A DNA stretch of 64,000 nt from assembly GCF_006345805.1 (NCBI RefSeq), contig NC_043022.1, positions 8,184,001-8,248,000 of the forward strand. Direction: 5' to 3'. Of this stretch, positions 24,375 through 36,501 are shown piece after piece. Made by a program: the position numbers and the translations under genes. Positions within the stretch are counted from its first letter, which is position 1. Every line of letters begins with the position of its first letter. Source of the DNA: Octopus sinensis. Taxonomy: Eukaryota. The notes beneath the pieces were generated by a model, which worked only from the letters and a program-made list of their open reading frames with translations, was not told the DNA's origin and made no database searches.

Positions 24375-24412
24375 AGGTATGACGTTTCGAGCGGTGCTCT
24401 TCGTCGGAAACA
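24375..24412 (-). ncRNA. Minimal type I hammerhead-like motif (core variant CCGACGA)
   Basis: Minus strand CCGACGA-A-GAGCaccGCTC-GAAA-CGTC: 4-bp stem II, palindromic ACGT stem III, GUC cleavage triplet. Stem I is weak. Confidence 0.5.
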
Positions 24413-24569
24413 TAAAGAAGGAAGAGAGAGGAAAGAAAGATCCCAAGTGGGCAACAAGAGGGAGAAAAAAAAACGATTGGTGTTTACGAAGTACACATGG
24501 TGAAAGGCGGAAGTTTACGATAACAAGAGCAAAGTAGGTTTTTAAAGGCAAAAGAGTGGAGACAGGGTT

Positions 24570-27230
24570 GGTACGCAACAGATGTGTGTGTATGTGTGAG
24601 TGTGTGCGTGTGCGTGTGTGTATGTGTGTGTGAGGCGAGATAAAAAAACAAAAATATATGTAATGTTAGTGTGTGCGTCTGTGTGTAGGCGTGTGAGGTA
24701 GGGCGAACAGTAGTAGGCATAGCAGACGGTGGTCAGTAGTAAGAAAATGAAGGAAGGAGGAAGGGAGGGAGGGGAAGGGGGGGGCGTATGTAACGTGCCA
24801 GCGTGTGTGTTGAGTAGTAGTGTGTGTGTGTCCAGTGTCGTAGTTGTATTAATGGCGAGTAGATTTGAAGTGTGTGTAAGAGTATGTATATATTTAAGCA
24901 ATGTGTGTGTGTGAGTGGGTGTATGTATGTGTGCGCGTGTGTGTAACAAAAAAGGAGGGGGGTTATAAGGAAAAAGGACTCCAGCTGAGGGGAAGATGGA
25001 AGAGTGGTCCCGCGGAGACGGGCGTGGGAGAACCCAACGACAGGCGACGGCCCCAGAAACGAGCGGGAGGTCTCGTTGGGTCCAAGAGCGAGGTGCATGC
25101 ATGCGCGTATGCGTGCGCGAACCGGCGCAAGCGCGTGTGTGCGCGCGACTGCGAGTGTGTGTGTAAGTATGTATGTGTTTGGATGTGTGAGTGTGTCTGT
25201 GTGTATGTCTGGGTGTCAGTGTGTCCGATGAATGTATGTAAGTATGTGTGTATATATGTGTGTGCATAGATGTATGTCCGTGTGTGTGTGTATGTGTATG
25301 AGTGTGTATGTATGTACGTGTGGGTGTGTGGAAGTGTGTGTATGTGCATGTGTGTGCGCGTACATACAGGTGTGTGAGTGAGTGTGTGTGTGTGTATGTA
25401 TGTGTGAGTGTGTATGTATGTGTGTGTAGGATGCATGTATGTGTATGGGTGTATGTATGTGTGTGTGTATGTATGTATGTGTACGTGCGTGTGTGTGTGT
25501 GTATGCATGTATGCATGTATGCGTGTAGGTGTGCGCGTGTGCATGCATGCATGCATGTGCGTATGTGTGTGTGTGTGCATGTGTGTGGGTATATATGTAT
25601 GTGCGTATATGTGTGTGTATGTGCGTACATGTGTGTGTGTGTATGCATGTGTGTGTATGTAGGTGTGTAGGCGTGTGTGTATAGGTGTATGTATGTAAGT
25701 ATGTATGGGTGTGTCCGTGTATGTGTGTGTATGTATGTGTGTGTATGTAGGTGTGTGGGCGTGTGTGTATAGGTGTATGTATGTATGTCTGGGTGTGTCC
25801 GTGCATGTTTGTGTGTGTGTGTGTGTATGCATGTGTATGTAGGTGTGTAATGTATGTGTGTATGCGTGTGTATGCGTGCGTGTGTGTATGTAGGTGCGTA
25901 TGTATGTGTGTGGGAGTGTAGGTGTGTGTGTGCGTGTGCGTGTTTATGTTGGTGTGTGAGTGTGAGTGTATGGGTGTTTGTCATGCATGTGTGTGCGCGT
26001 GCAGGCGAGTGTGTGTGTAAGTATGTGTGTGTGTATGTTTGTGTGAGTGTGTATGTGTGTATGTCTGTGTGTATGTATGTGCGTATAGGAGTATGTAGGT
26101 ATGTGTGTGTGTATGTGTATGGGTGTATGTATGTGTGTGTGTGTGCATGTGTATAAGTATATGTGTGTGTGTATGTGTATATGTGTGTGTTTATGTATGT
26201 GTGTATGTATGTGTGTAGGCGTGTGTGTGTAGATGTATGTATGTATGGGTGTGTGTCTGTGTTTGTTTGTGTGTGTGTGTAGGTAGGTGTGTGTGTCTGA
26301 GTGAGGGTATGGCTGTGTAGGTGTGTGTGTGTATGAATGTAAGTGTGTGTGTGTACAAGTGTAATGTATGTATGTAGGTGTGTGTGTGTGTGTATGTGTA
26401 CGTGTGCGTATGTGTGTGTGTGTGTATGCGTGTGAGTGTGAGTGTATGGGTGTATGTCTGTGTGTGTGTATGTCTGAAGTAGGTATGTGTGTGTATGTAT
26501 GTGTGTGTGTGTGCGGGTATGTGTGTGTGTGTGTGTGTATGTGTGTGTGTGAGTAGGTGTGCGTGTATGTATGTGGGTAGGGATGCAATGCGAGTGTGTG
26601 GGTATGTATGTATACATACGCACGCACACAGCCGAAGCAAGCCCACACACACGAAGCGCGCTCACGCACACAACACACAAGCAATACAACGCAAGCCCAT
26701 GGGGCCGACCAAGCCCCGAGCGCGTGACTTGGCGCGCGAGCGCAAAGGCCCTCGAACGACCCGCTACGCGGGAACCAAGGATCCATCAGCCAAAACCGGA
26801 AAGCAGAAAAGAGGGGGGGGGCTGCCTGGATGCAAAAAGGTGTATGTGTGTGTGCATTCAGTGTAAGGGTGTGCATGTGTGGGTATGTATGTATGTGTGT
26901 GTGCCTACATGTATGTGTGCATGTGTGTGTGTGTGAAGTATGTACGTGCGGTGTGTGTGTGTGAGTGTGTGTGTATGTATGTGCGTATGTATGTGTGTAT
27001 GTATGTGTGTATGTATGTCTGTGTGTGTGTGTGTGTGTAAGTATGTATGTGTGTGTGTATGTATGTATGTGTGTGTGTATGTGCATGTTGGTTTGTATGT
27101 TAGTGTGTGCATGTATGTCTATAAGTGTGTGTGATTAAATGTGTGAATGTATGTACGTAGATGTGTCTACGTATGTGTGTGTGTGAACAGGCGTGTGGGA
27201 GGTAGGTAGGTGTGTGTGTGTGGGTGGTGT
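24570..27230. repeat. ~2.6 kb degenerate (TG/TATG/CGTG)n array with two GC-rich unique islands
   Basis: Visible directly; source of the 715-aa and 380-aa His/Thr pseudo-ORFs. Confidence 0.9.
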
Positions 27231-27265
27231 ATCCGGGAAACAAAAAAAGGAAGAAGAAGAGGACC

Positions 27266-28078
27266 TCAAGAGGAGGGGGCTGTGTTAAGTCCGTGTGGGG
27301 TAGTAGTTTGTAGGGTGAAGATGTAGCGTTGCTCCAAGTGGAGCCTGGAAAGTGGGCGACCATTGTGGGGAGCGAGACCAAACACTGAGATGTCATCTAG
27401 GGAATGGCTGGCCGAGTGGAAGTGGCGTGCGATGGGAGAAAAAGAGTGTAGGCGAACGTCCCTCAAATGTTCTGTGAATCGGTCGGACAACCGGTGTCCC
27501 GTCTGTCCTACATACAGCATCCCGCATAGGTTGCATTTAATGCAGTAAATAAGGCCAGACGAGGTGCATGTAAAAGAGTGCCTAATGCGTACAGTATGCC
27601 GGTTGGAGCCGGTGACAGCGGTGGTGTTGGTGATGAAGGGGCAAGTGTTGCAGCGGGATCTAGAGCAAGGGAATGATCCGTGTGGGGCTGAGGGGGAAGA
27701 GAGGGTGCTGTGGACCAGGAGGTCACGCAGATTGCGGGCTCGTTTGAAGGAGGACAGGGGTGGGTTAGGGAAAATGGGGCGGGGTGGTGGGATCAAGCTG
27801 GAGGCGACGGAAGGCACGTAGTATCTTGCGACGAAGGGGTAGGGTAGAGGGGTGAAAAGGAGGGGGAAGGGGTGGTGGTGTTGGGGGGTGGGCGGGGGAA
27901 GGAGACAGGGCGGTGGTGCGGTCGATGCGACGGGCGTGGGTGAGGGCATCAGAGAGGAGTATGGGTGGGTAACCTCGGAGTCTGAACATGCGGGCCAGGT
28001 ATTGAGATTGGGTCTCGAAATCCTGGTCGCGGCTGCACAAACGTCGGAGGTGGAGGAACTGGGAGTAGGGGATGGCTC

Positions 28079-28080
<2 letters not shown>
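27266..28080 (-). pseudogene. Penelope-like element ORF remnant: RT C-terminus, Cys-rich linker and GIY-YIG endonuclease, one frameshift near 27790
   Basis: AIPYSQFLHLRRLCS..F..RGYP; FKRARNLRDLLV; FPCSRSRCNTC; LIYCIKCNLCGMLYVGQTGHRLSDRFTEH; IARHF; LEQRYI..PHGLN. Confidence 0.92.
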
Positions 28081-28119
<39 letters not shown>

Positions 28120-28141
<22 letters not shown>

Positions 28142-28350
28142 TTATGAGTCTGTGTTTGTCCCCACCACCATTGCTTGACAGCTAATATTCGTGTGTTTAT
28201 GCCACCCGTAACATAGCAGTCCATCAAAAGAGACCAACAGAATAAGTACTAGGCTTTCAAAGAATAAGTTCTGGGGTCGATTTGTTCAACTAAAGGTGGT
28301 GCTCCAGCATGACTACTGTTAAATGATTGAAACAAGTAAAAAAGAAAAAG
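28120..28350 (+). mobile_element. SINE family A, 3' half
   Basis: gtgtttgtcccc..aagaataagt..ggtggtgctccagcatg..gaaacaagtaaaa. Confidence 0.75.
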
Positions 28351-29769
28351 AAAATAATATTTGATATATAATTTGAGGGAATATTGGCTGCTATCTCTAG
28401 CAGATGGAGAGCATCTTCATTTGTATAAATAGTCTAATGCATGTGTCAGCCTATCAGTAATGTGTATGTTTGGAATTGTGTGTCAGTCTTTGTGTGTGTG
28501 TATGTGTGTGTGTGTGTTTGCCTGGGTGTATATGTAAATGTATATCAAGAGTGTTTGACTGAATGTGACTGTGTGTGTGTGTGTGTGTGTGTGTGCATGA
28601 ATCTGTGTGTGTGAGTATATATGCTTGCACACATGCTTGAGTGATTTTGCAGGTGTGTCAATGTGTGTGTGTGTGCATGTGAGTGTGTGTGTAAATGTAT
28701 ATTCAGAGTGATTGAATGTATGTGTGAGTGTGTGTGAATGTAGTTGTCTGTGTGGGTGGTGCATACATGCGTGTGTGTGTGTGTGGGTGTATAAGTGTTT
28801 AGCAACACTAGCTTTTAGATGTGCCTGTGTGCATATGTGTGTGTGAGCGTGAGTGTGTGTATGTGTGTGTGTGTAAGTGCATGTAAATGTATATCCACAA
28901 TGTTTGAATATATACTTGCATGTGTGTGTGTGTGTGAGTGTGGCACGTGGCTTTTCAACATAAGATTATGACTGTGCCGATGTGCATTTGTGTGTATGTG
29001 TATGAATGTTTTCTAATGCAAGTTTATGAATGCATGTGTGTGTGTGTGTGTGTGTGTCTCTGTGTGTGTGTGTGTGTGTGTGTACATAAGCATCTTGAAA
29101 CTGTGTATAGCATAGCCTTTTAACTTTGTGTATGTGTGTGTGTGTGTGTGCACAAGAACCTGTGTGAGAGTGTGTCTGTCACTATGGCAGAAGCTTTCAA
29201 CTATGTGTGTGTCTGTGTGGTGTGTGGTGGGGTGAGTGTGCATGTGAGCATTTGTGATGTTATGTTTGTCTGTGTATGGTGTAGGCTTTCAGTTGTATGT
29301 GTGTGTGTGTGAGTGTCTGTGTCTTTCTGTATGCACACAAGCATGTGTGAGACTGTTTCTGTTTGTGTATGGCGTAGGCTTTCAACTGTGAACATGTGAA
29401 TGCAGCTCAGCTTTGCCGTTCATTCAAGTGGAACAGCAGAGCAGTACCAAGGAATCACAATTGCTTTGTGGTTCCTGTTATTATTTTTTATTTACTGTTA
29501 TCAAATTATTTACTTCTTTTTTTATTATATTTTTCTACCTTTACACGTTCCATTTTTATTTCTTTATATATTTATCTATTTACTCAATATAATTAATAAC
29601 CTTGGTGACAAAACATGCCTCATCAATCAGTGCAGTAATTGTTCAGAAACACCATGTAAACTATCCCTAGGCTAAGGTGACACCCGAAGAGATGGAATAT
29701 GGATATACTTGACAGCGTACAATGGTAATAGCAGCAATTTTTAATAGCAGTAGCAACTTTTGTGGTACC

Positions 29770-29773
29770 AATG

Positions 29774-29816
<43 letters not shown>

Positions 29817-29848
29817 AAATGGTAATGATAATAATAATGAGAATGATA

Positions 29849-29879
<31 letters not shown>

Positions 29880-29893
29880 TAGTGAGAATGATA

Positions 29894-29944
<51 letters not shown>

Positions 29945-29992
29945 GAAATGATAATGATAATAGTGAGAATGATAATAATAGTGAGAATGATA

Positions 29993-30031
<39 letters not shown>

Positions 30032-30134
30032 TGAGAATGATAATAGTAATAATAATAATAATGAGAATGATAATAGTAACAATAATAATAATAATAAGAA
30101 GAAGAAGAATAAGAATAATGAGAATGATAATAAA

Positions 30135-30180
<46 letters not shown>

Positions 30181-30210
30181 GTGAGAATGATAATAGTAAT
30201 AATAATAATG

Positions 30211-30242
<32 letters not shown>

Positions 30243-30290
30243 TATCAAAGAAGGAAATAATGATAATGATGATGACGACGATGACGACGA
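29770..30290. repeat. Large (AAT)n array with recurring gtgagaatgataatagt interruptions
   Basis: Visible directly. Confidence 0.9.
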
Positions 30291-32710
30291 CCATAGCATT
30301 TTTATATATTTGTATATACATATATTTGTCCAGAATCATGCCGGATGTGGAGGAGGAGAGAAAAGAGCAATTCAGTGAAGGAGAAGTAGTGAGAGCAATA
30401 GCTCTGACTGACAGGGAGTGAGAGAAAGTAATAGCAATGAGAGAAAGGAAGGAGTGATAGATGAATAAGGAAGGAAGGGGTGAAAAAAAATCAGTGTTTC
30501 AACTCTGTGTGAGTATATGTGTGTATGTGTGTGCGTGTACAATGGAAGTACGTGATTGTTTGTCTGTGTGATTATCATGTACCTTATTTATAATGTACCT
30601 ATTATCATGTATCTTATTTATATATAAAATACTACAATTAGCTGTCATCATTGATGGCATATGGTCAGCTGGTAATAATAATGATAATAATAATAATTGT
30701 TTCAAATTTTGCCACAAGGGCAGCAATTTGTGGGGAGGAAATGAGTCGATTACATTAACCCCAGTGATCAACTTGTACTTATCTTAACGATCCCATTGCA
30801 GAAATGGTAAATGGTTTATGGCACAAAAGAAAAATCATTTTAAACTTATTAAAAAAATATTTGATGTGGTTTATATGATCGGAAATATAACTTTGACTTG
30901 TTCATGGTGTTAGAACGAGGATCTAATCAAAGATTTTGCAATTAAAAAAAGTAGGAGAAAACTTTTCAATTGTAAGTAAAGTGGAAGTATACGAAAATAA
31001 ACATTATTTTCTAGCTTATTTTAGTTTTGTTTCATTTTGAAAAACAGGCCAATATCAAGACACTGAGCCTTGCATATAAGATGATTAAGGAATGAAGTAT
31101 CTGGTGCACTGCTGAACTCTAGAAGACACATCCACCACAGCAGAATTGATACCAGTGCTGGTGCCACATAAAAAGTACTTCTGCTGATGTCACATTGAAG
31201 TACTGGTGCTGATTCCACATAAAAATCATTTGTGCTGTGTCACATTAAAAGCATTTGTACTGGTACCACACAAAACGCACCCTGTACACTCTGTGGTGTG
31301 GTTGCATTAGGAAGGGCATCTATCCATAGAAACCATACCAGAATAGATATAATGGAACCTGGTGCAGTCCCTGGCCTTAACAGCTCTGGTCAAAACATCC
31401 AACCCATGCCAGCATGAAATCAGACATTAAATGATGATGATAATGATGTTATGGTTTATTATGTTTCTATTTTGATTAACATACGTATGGGAGCACAAAA
31501 ATGTTTTCTTTTTAAGTGCTTAGGGCCTCTATGGTTCTTAATCTGGCCCTGCCCTACCCTGGCCTTATGGGATCATAGGGCTTACAACAAACCTAAGTAA
31601 TTATTATTTTAAGGGGTAAATTTACATTCCACTGATGTCAACTTTAACTTTCATCCTTTTGGGGGTCAATGAAATAAGTACCAGTTGAACACTGGGGTCA
31701 ATGTAATTGACTAGCCCCCTTTCCAAAATTCCAGGCCTTGCACCTTCAGTAGAAAAGATTCTTTTAAAGGGTAAATGTTGTATACAAAGACATGCTATTT
31801 GAGTTGTGTTACTGAATTGAAATATACCTTCATCCATGCATAGAATGAGGGCAATACCTAGGAGAGCTACTTTTGGGTCTGAGACATCCTTCATATGGTA
31901 TATAAAATTTTGTTATATTTTTTATGGTACTTTGTGCTCTAATAATTATTTGTATTGTTTTTATTTTCATACCCCTACATCTTCCCTTTTATTTCTATTT
32001 CAAAATCCTTATATTTTGGGAGTTATCCCTCCTCTCCTTCTACCTTCTCTTCCTCTTCCTCCTCCCTCAACTTACTACTACTACAACTACAACTGATGAC
32101 AATGATAATAACACTAGTAGTAGTAGTAGTAGTAGTAGCAGCAGCAGTTGTTGTTGCTATTGATGTTGTCGTTGTCATAAATATAATTTTATTTTGCCCC
32201 AAGGAAGCAAAAATAGAACATTTAATTAAAGATACAGGCAACAGGCTTATTGCCAATGAAAAAAACTAGAATATTTAATTAAGTATGTAGACAATGAGTT
32301 CATTACAAAACTGAGTCACATGTCACACACACACACACACATGCACACACACACACACACACACACACATGCACACACACACACATGCACACGCACACAC
32401 ACGTATGAATCTTCATGCATATGCATGTGTTTATATGTATGTATCTATTTTCCCCTCTCTCTCTATATATGTATGTGTGTGTGTGTTTATATACATATAT
32501 ATATGTATATGTGTATTATATATATATATTTATATATCTGTCCATATCTATATGTATGTATGATGTACATATACATATATATATATATATATATCTATAT
32601 ATATATATATATATAGAGCTGCAAGTATGACAACCTTGGGAAAGTGTCTTTAATAGTGTCAGGCTAAGCAAACCTTGTGAATGGATTTGGTAGACAGAAA
32701 CTGTAAGAAA

Positions 32711-32767
<57 letters not shown>

Positions 32768-32903
32768 ATAAACACGCACATATGTATATGTAAATATATA
32801 TGTGTACGTGTGAGTGTGTGTGTGTAGTGTGTGTGTGTGTGTGTAAGTATGAGTGTGTATATATTTGTGCACTTGTCTTGACATTGTGTGATAGTTGTAA
32901 ATA

Positions 32904-34194
32904 CGAGGGACATTCAATAAGTAATGCCTCTGACCCACTTGCAGTTGTTTGATCTAGCTGAAATTTTGCATGTGCAATCATTTATATCTCTATAGAGTAA
33001 GTGGCAAATTACAGCTCTGAATTAATTGTGGTTTCTGATTTACAGGTGTTTGAACCGAATCAAGTGTGAAATGGAGCCTGTTGAGTGTCGAGCAGTGATC
33101 TGGTTTTTGTATTTGAAAGAACGCACACCACGGGAGACTTTTGATGAAATGAAAGTAACTTATGATGATGATGCCCCATCATATGACCTTGTAAAACGCT
33201 GGTATCGTGAATTCAAACATGGTCAGAACTCTGTGGAAAAAGCTCCCAGATCTGGTCGCCCCCTTCTGCCATTGATGAGGCATCTGTCCGTCAAGTTGAG
33301 GCTGCCATTTTGGAAGATCGACGCATAATTATTCGCCAAATAGCCCATGAGGTCAAGATTAGTACCGAGTCTGTGGAAACTAACATTCATGACCATTTGC
33401 ATATGCAAAAGGTGTCTGCCAGATGGATTCCCAGGTTGCTCACGCCTTTCCAGAAGCAAGAACGCGTCGAGTGCTCGAGGGTGAATTTGGAGATGTGCCA
33501 AGAAGATGAGTTAAATTTTTTCAAAAGACTGATTACACAGGATAAAACCTGGGTCCATCACGATGATCCAGAGACCAAAGCCCAGTCAATGCAGTGGAAG
33601 CACTGTGACTCACCCCCTCCAAAGAAAGCAAGAGTGGAGCCCTCCGCTGGCAAGGTCATGCTCACAGTCTTCTGGGACCAGGACGGAGTAGTGATGACAG
33701 ATTTCCTGGCAAAGGGTACCACAATTGCAGGAGCCTATTATGCTTCACTTTTGAGGAAATTAAGAGAAGCTATCAAAATCAAGAGGCGGGGCAAGATCAG
33801 CAAAGGTATCCTTCTCCTGCAGGACAACGCTCCGGTCCACAACTCGCTTGTCGCCAGATCAGAAGCACAGGCGTATGGCTATGAATTCCTCCCCCATCCC
33901 CCTACTTTCCTGACCTTGCACCCTCTGATTTTCACCTCTTCCCTATCATGAAGTTGTTTTTGAAAGGAAAGCATTTCCCAGATGATGCAGCCTTGATTTC
34001 TGAAGTCACGTTGAGGTTGGAGGACCAAGCTGGGTTCTTCTACAAAAACAGTCTCCAGAGCCGCATCAAACGATAGGAGAAATGCGTAACTCTGGGTGGT
34101 TCCTATGTAGAAAAAGACTAATAACTGTGCCAAGTTTCGTTGCTCTACTGCTATGGGAAGTGGGTCAGGGGCATTACTTATTGAACGCCCCTCA
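32904..34194 (+). mobile_element. Full-length (1291 bp) degenerate mariner transposon
   Basis: ~37-bp TIRs cgagggacattcaataagtaatgcctctgacccactt (32904-32940) and near-complement 34158-34194. TA duplications at 32902-3 and 34195-6. Confidence 0.95.
33071..34121 (+). pseudogene. Mariner DD34D transposase pseudogene
   Basis: MEPVECRAVIWFL..HTH..RSGRP; SARWIPRLL; ITQDKTW; LLQDNAPVH; HPPYFPDLAPSDFHLF after a frameshift; YVEKD*. Frameshifts near 33265 and 33900 plus a late stop. Confidence 0.93.
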
Positions 34195-35269
34195 TAAGTG
34201 TCACCGTTATACAAGTAGTGCTGTCCATTTCCCATATACTGTAAAAGTATGTTTGGTAATAAGGAAACACAACCTCACTTGGAAAGAGATGAGGGTGGGC
34301 AACAGGAAAAGCATCCATCTCCAGAAAAACCTTCTTCAATAGACTCTGTCCAACATATTCAAGCATGGAAATATGGATGTTAAAATGATGATGTGAATAT
34401 AAATATATATCTCTATGTGAATGGATGCCAATAGCTCAATAAAGAAGTGTCAATCTCTCAAAGTAGATGGAATACATGTGAAATGGGAAACCTAGGAAGA
34501 CAGGACAGCTTCAGGACACTGAACTTTCCAGTTGAGATGACAGAGGACCAAGATCCCTAGTACCTTGCTGTACTCAAGAAGACCCATAGTACCCTAGTAC
34601 CTTGCTGTACTCAAGAAGCAGTGAAGTGCTGGTGAAGAGGATTAGCCTGCAAGAGAACTCTGGTGGTGCTTTGTAAAAGCACTTGTGCCAGTTCCACATA
34701 GAGGCACTTGTGTGGTGCCAAGTAAAAGCATCCAGTACACTCTGTAAAGTGGTTGGTTTTAGGAAGGGCATCCAGCCATAAAAACCGTGCTAAATCAGAC
34801 TGGAGCCTGGTGCAACTCTCCAGCTTGCCAGTTCTAGTCAAACCATCCAACTCATCTCGGCATGGACAACAAATGTTAAATGATGATGATCTCTATGTAT
34901 ATTGTATTTTCATGTATATCCATCTATCTGGAAACATGGAATTCCCCATTTGCTGACAAGGAAAATGCAGCCATCTTCAGCCAGCCTGCTGTGGACACAA
35001 CTGGAACCAATCTAAGGAGGATAACTCCATCTTGCCTAAGGTTTTGCTAGTAGAGTCTCATTCCCTAATATTCTTTTTTACAAAACTATGATGTATTCCT
35101 TCCCCCAGTTGTAGAGAGGTTATATACCTCTGGCCATTTGAGCCTGACGAATTGCTTATGTAGCTAAGTGTGTTATTGGTGGAAAACCAAATATGCTGTC
35201 TGACCAACCATAACAACCTTCTACATAAATACATACATACAGAAAAAGGGGGCAGGGTACATAGATAGA

Positions 35270-35277
35270 CAGACAAC

Positions 35278-35309
<32 letters not shown>

Positions 35310-35560
35310 TGATAGAGAGATTGATAGATAAATAGATAGACTGAGAGACAGAGAGATAGATAAAGAGATTGATAGAGTGCTAGATAGATAAATAGAGAGA
35401 TAATGAGATAGAGAGATAGATGGAATAATGAATAAATAGATTATTAGGTTAGTATGTACGTGTAGATAGGTAGGTAGGTCGATAGGTAAGTTGGTTGGAA
35501 GGTAGGTAGTTAGGTAGGTATGTAGGCAGATAGATAGATAGATAGATAGATGCATACATA
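35270..35560. repeat. (GATA)n/(GGTA)n/(GAGA)n compound microsatellite
   Basis: Visible directly. Confidence 0.9.
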
Positions 35561-36501
35561 CATGCATTCATAGGTAAATAGGCAAAGAGACCAGCAGACA
35601 AATGACATACAGACAGACCAGCAGAGCAACCAACTGACTAACCAACCCACAGACAGATAGACAGACAGACAAACAAACAGATACTGTCAACATATTTACT
35701 GTTATTGTAATCATAATAATTACACTTTCTAGATAAAAGCTATTAAGAATTTACAAAAGATTAAAATCCTTAAATCTTAAAGAACACCAGAAATTGGTCT
35801 TGGAACATTGCAAAGAATAGCATGTAACATATTTTCTACTTATTCTTTATTTCTAGTATTTACTTCTGTTATTATTTGGTTTTAGTGTTTCCAAAGGATT
35901 TATTTTAATTTTTGTTATATTTCATTTCACATAAATATAATTTTATATCTAAATATTTGTAACATCATTTTAGAATTTTTGGTTAAATAATGGATATTAT
36001 TTAATATGGAATTGTTGTAGAGTAGTAAATATGCAATGATAAAAATGATTTAATGTCTTTTCTCTGCTGTTGTGGAATTTATCAGATTTGATGACGGATT
36101 GTGACAAGTGGTGAGAGAAAGAAAATGCAAGGAAAGTGAGAGAGAAAGAGAGAGAGAGGGGGGAGGATAAGAGAGGGAAAGTGAGAGAGAGATGCTGTTG
36201 TGCTGAAGGTGATATCTGTAACCCATGTCAATGTGGAAAACTGAGTATAAAAATGATAATGATGATGATGATGATGATGATTATGATGGTGGTGGTGGAG
36301 GTGGTGTTCGTCGTGGTTATTGTGTTAAGCTAGTGATATTGATCATGATGATGATTATTATTATTGTCCTAATTACTATTATTATTATCATTATTATTAT
36401 TATTATCATTATAATAATAATAATAATAATTATTATTATTATTCTTATTCTTCTTCTTATTATTATTACTACTACTATTATTATTATTATTATTATTATT
36501 G

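Larger units (their letters stand above)
24282..28082 (-). mobile_element. 5'-truncated Penelope-like retroelement (probably Neptune-type) with long CA-rich 3' region and terminal pLTR-like segment
   Basis: RT-thumb and GIY-YIG coding remnant at 27266-28080, hammerhead-like motif at 24375-24412, (TA)n on both flanks. Linking the tail to the ORF is inference. Confidence 0.7.

Noticed and set aside
24983-25065. Plus-strand hammerhead (CTGAGGG..ccccaGAAAC)
   Set aside because: A9 is missing, an extra base precedes GAAA, and there is no stem I/III support.
24542-26689. 715-aa His/Thr-rich ORF, and the overlapping 380, 289 and 196 aa ORFs
   Set aside because: Translation of degenerate (CA/TACA)n that lacks stops by composition; no domain signal.
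29623-30378. Poly-Asn/Ile/Tyr/Leu ORFs of 210-238 aa
   Set aside because: All frames of an (AAT)n array; microsatellite artefact.
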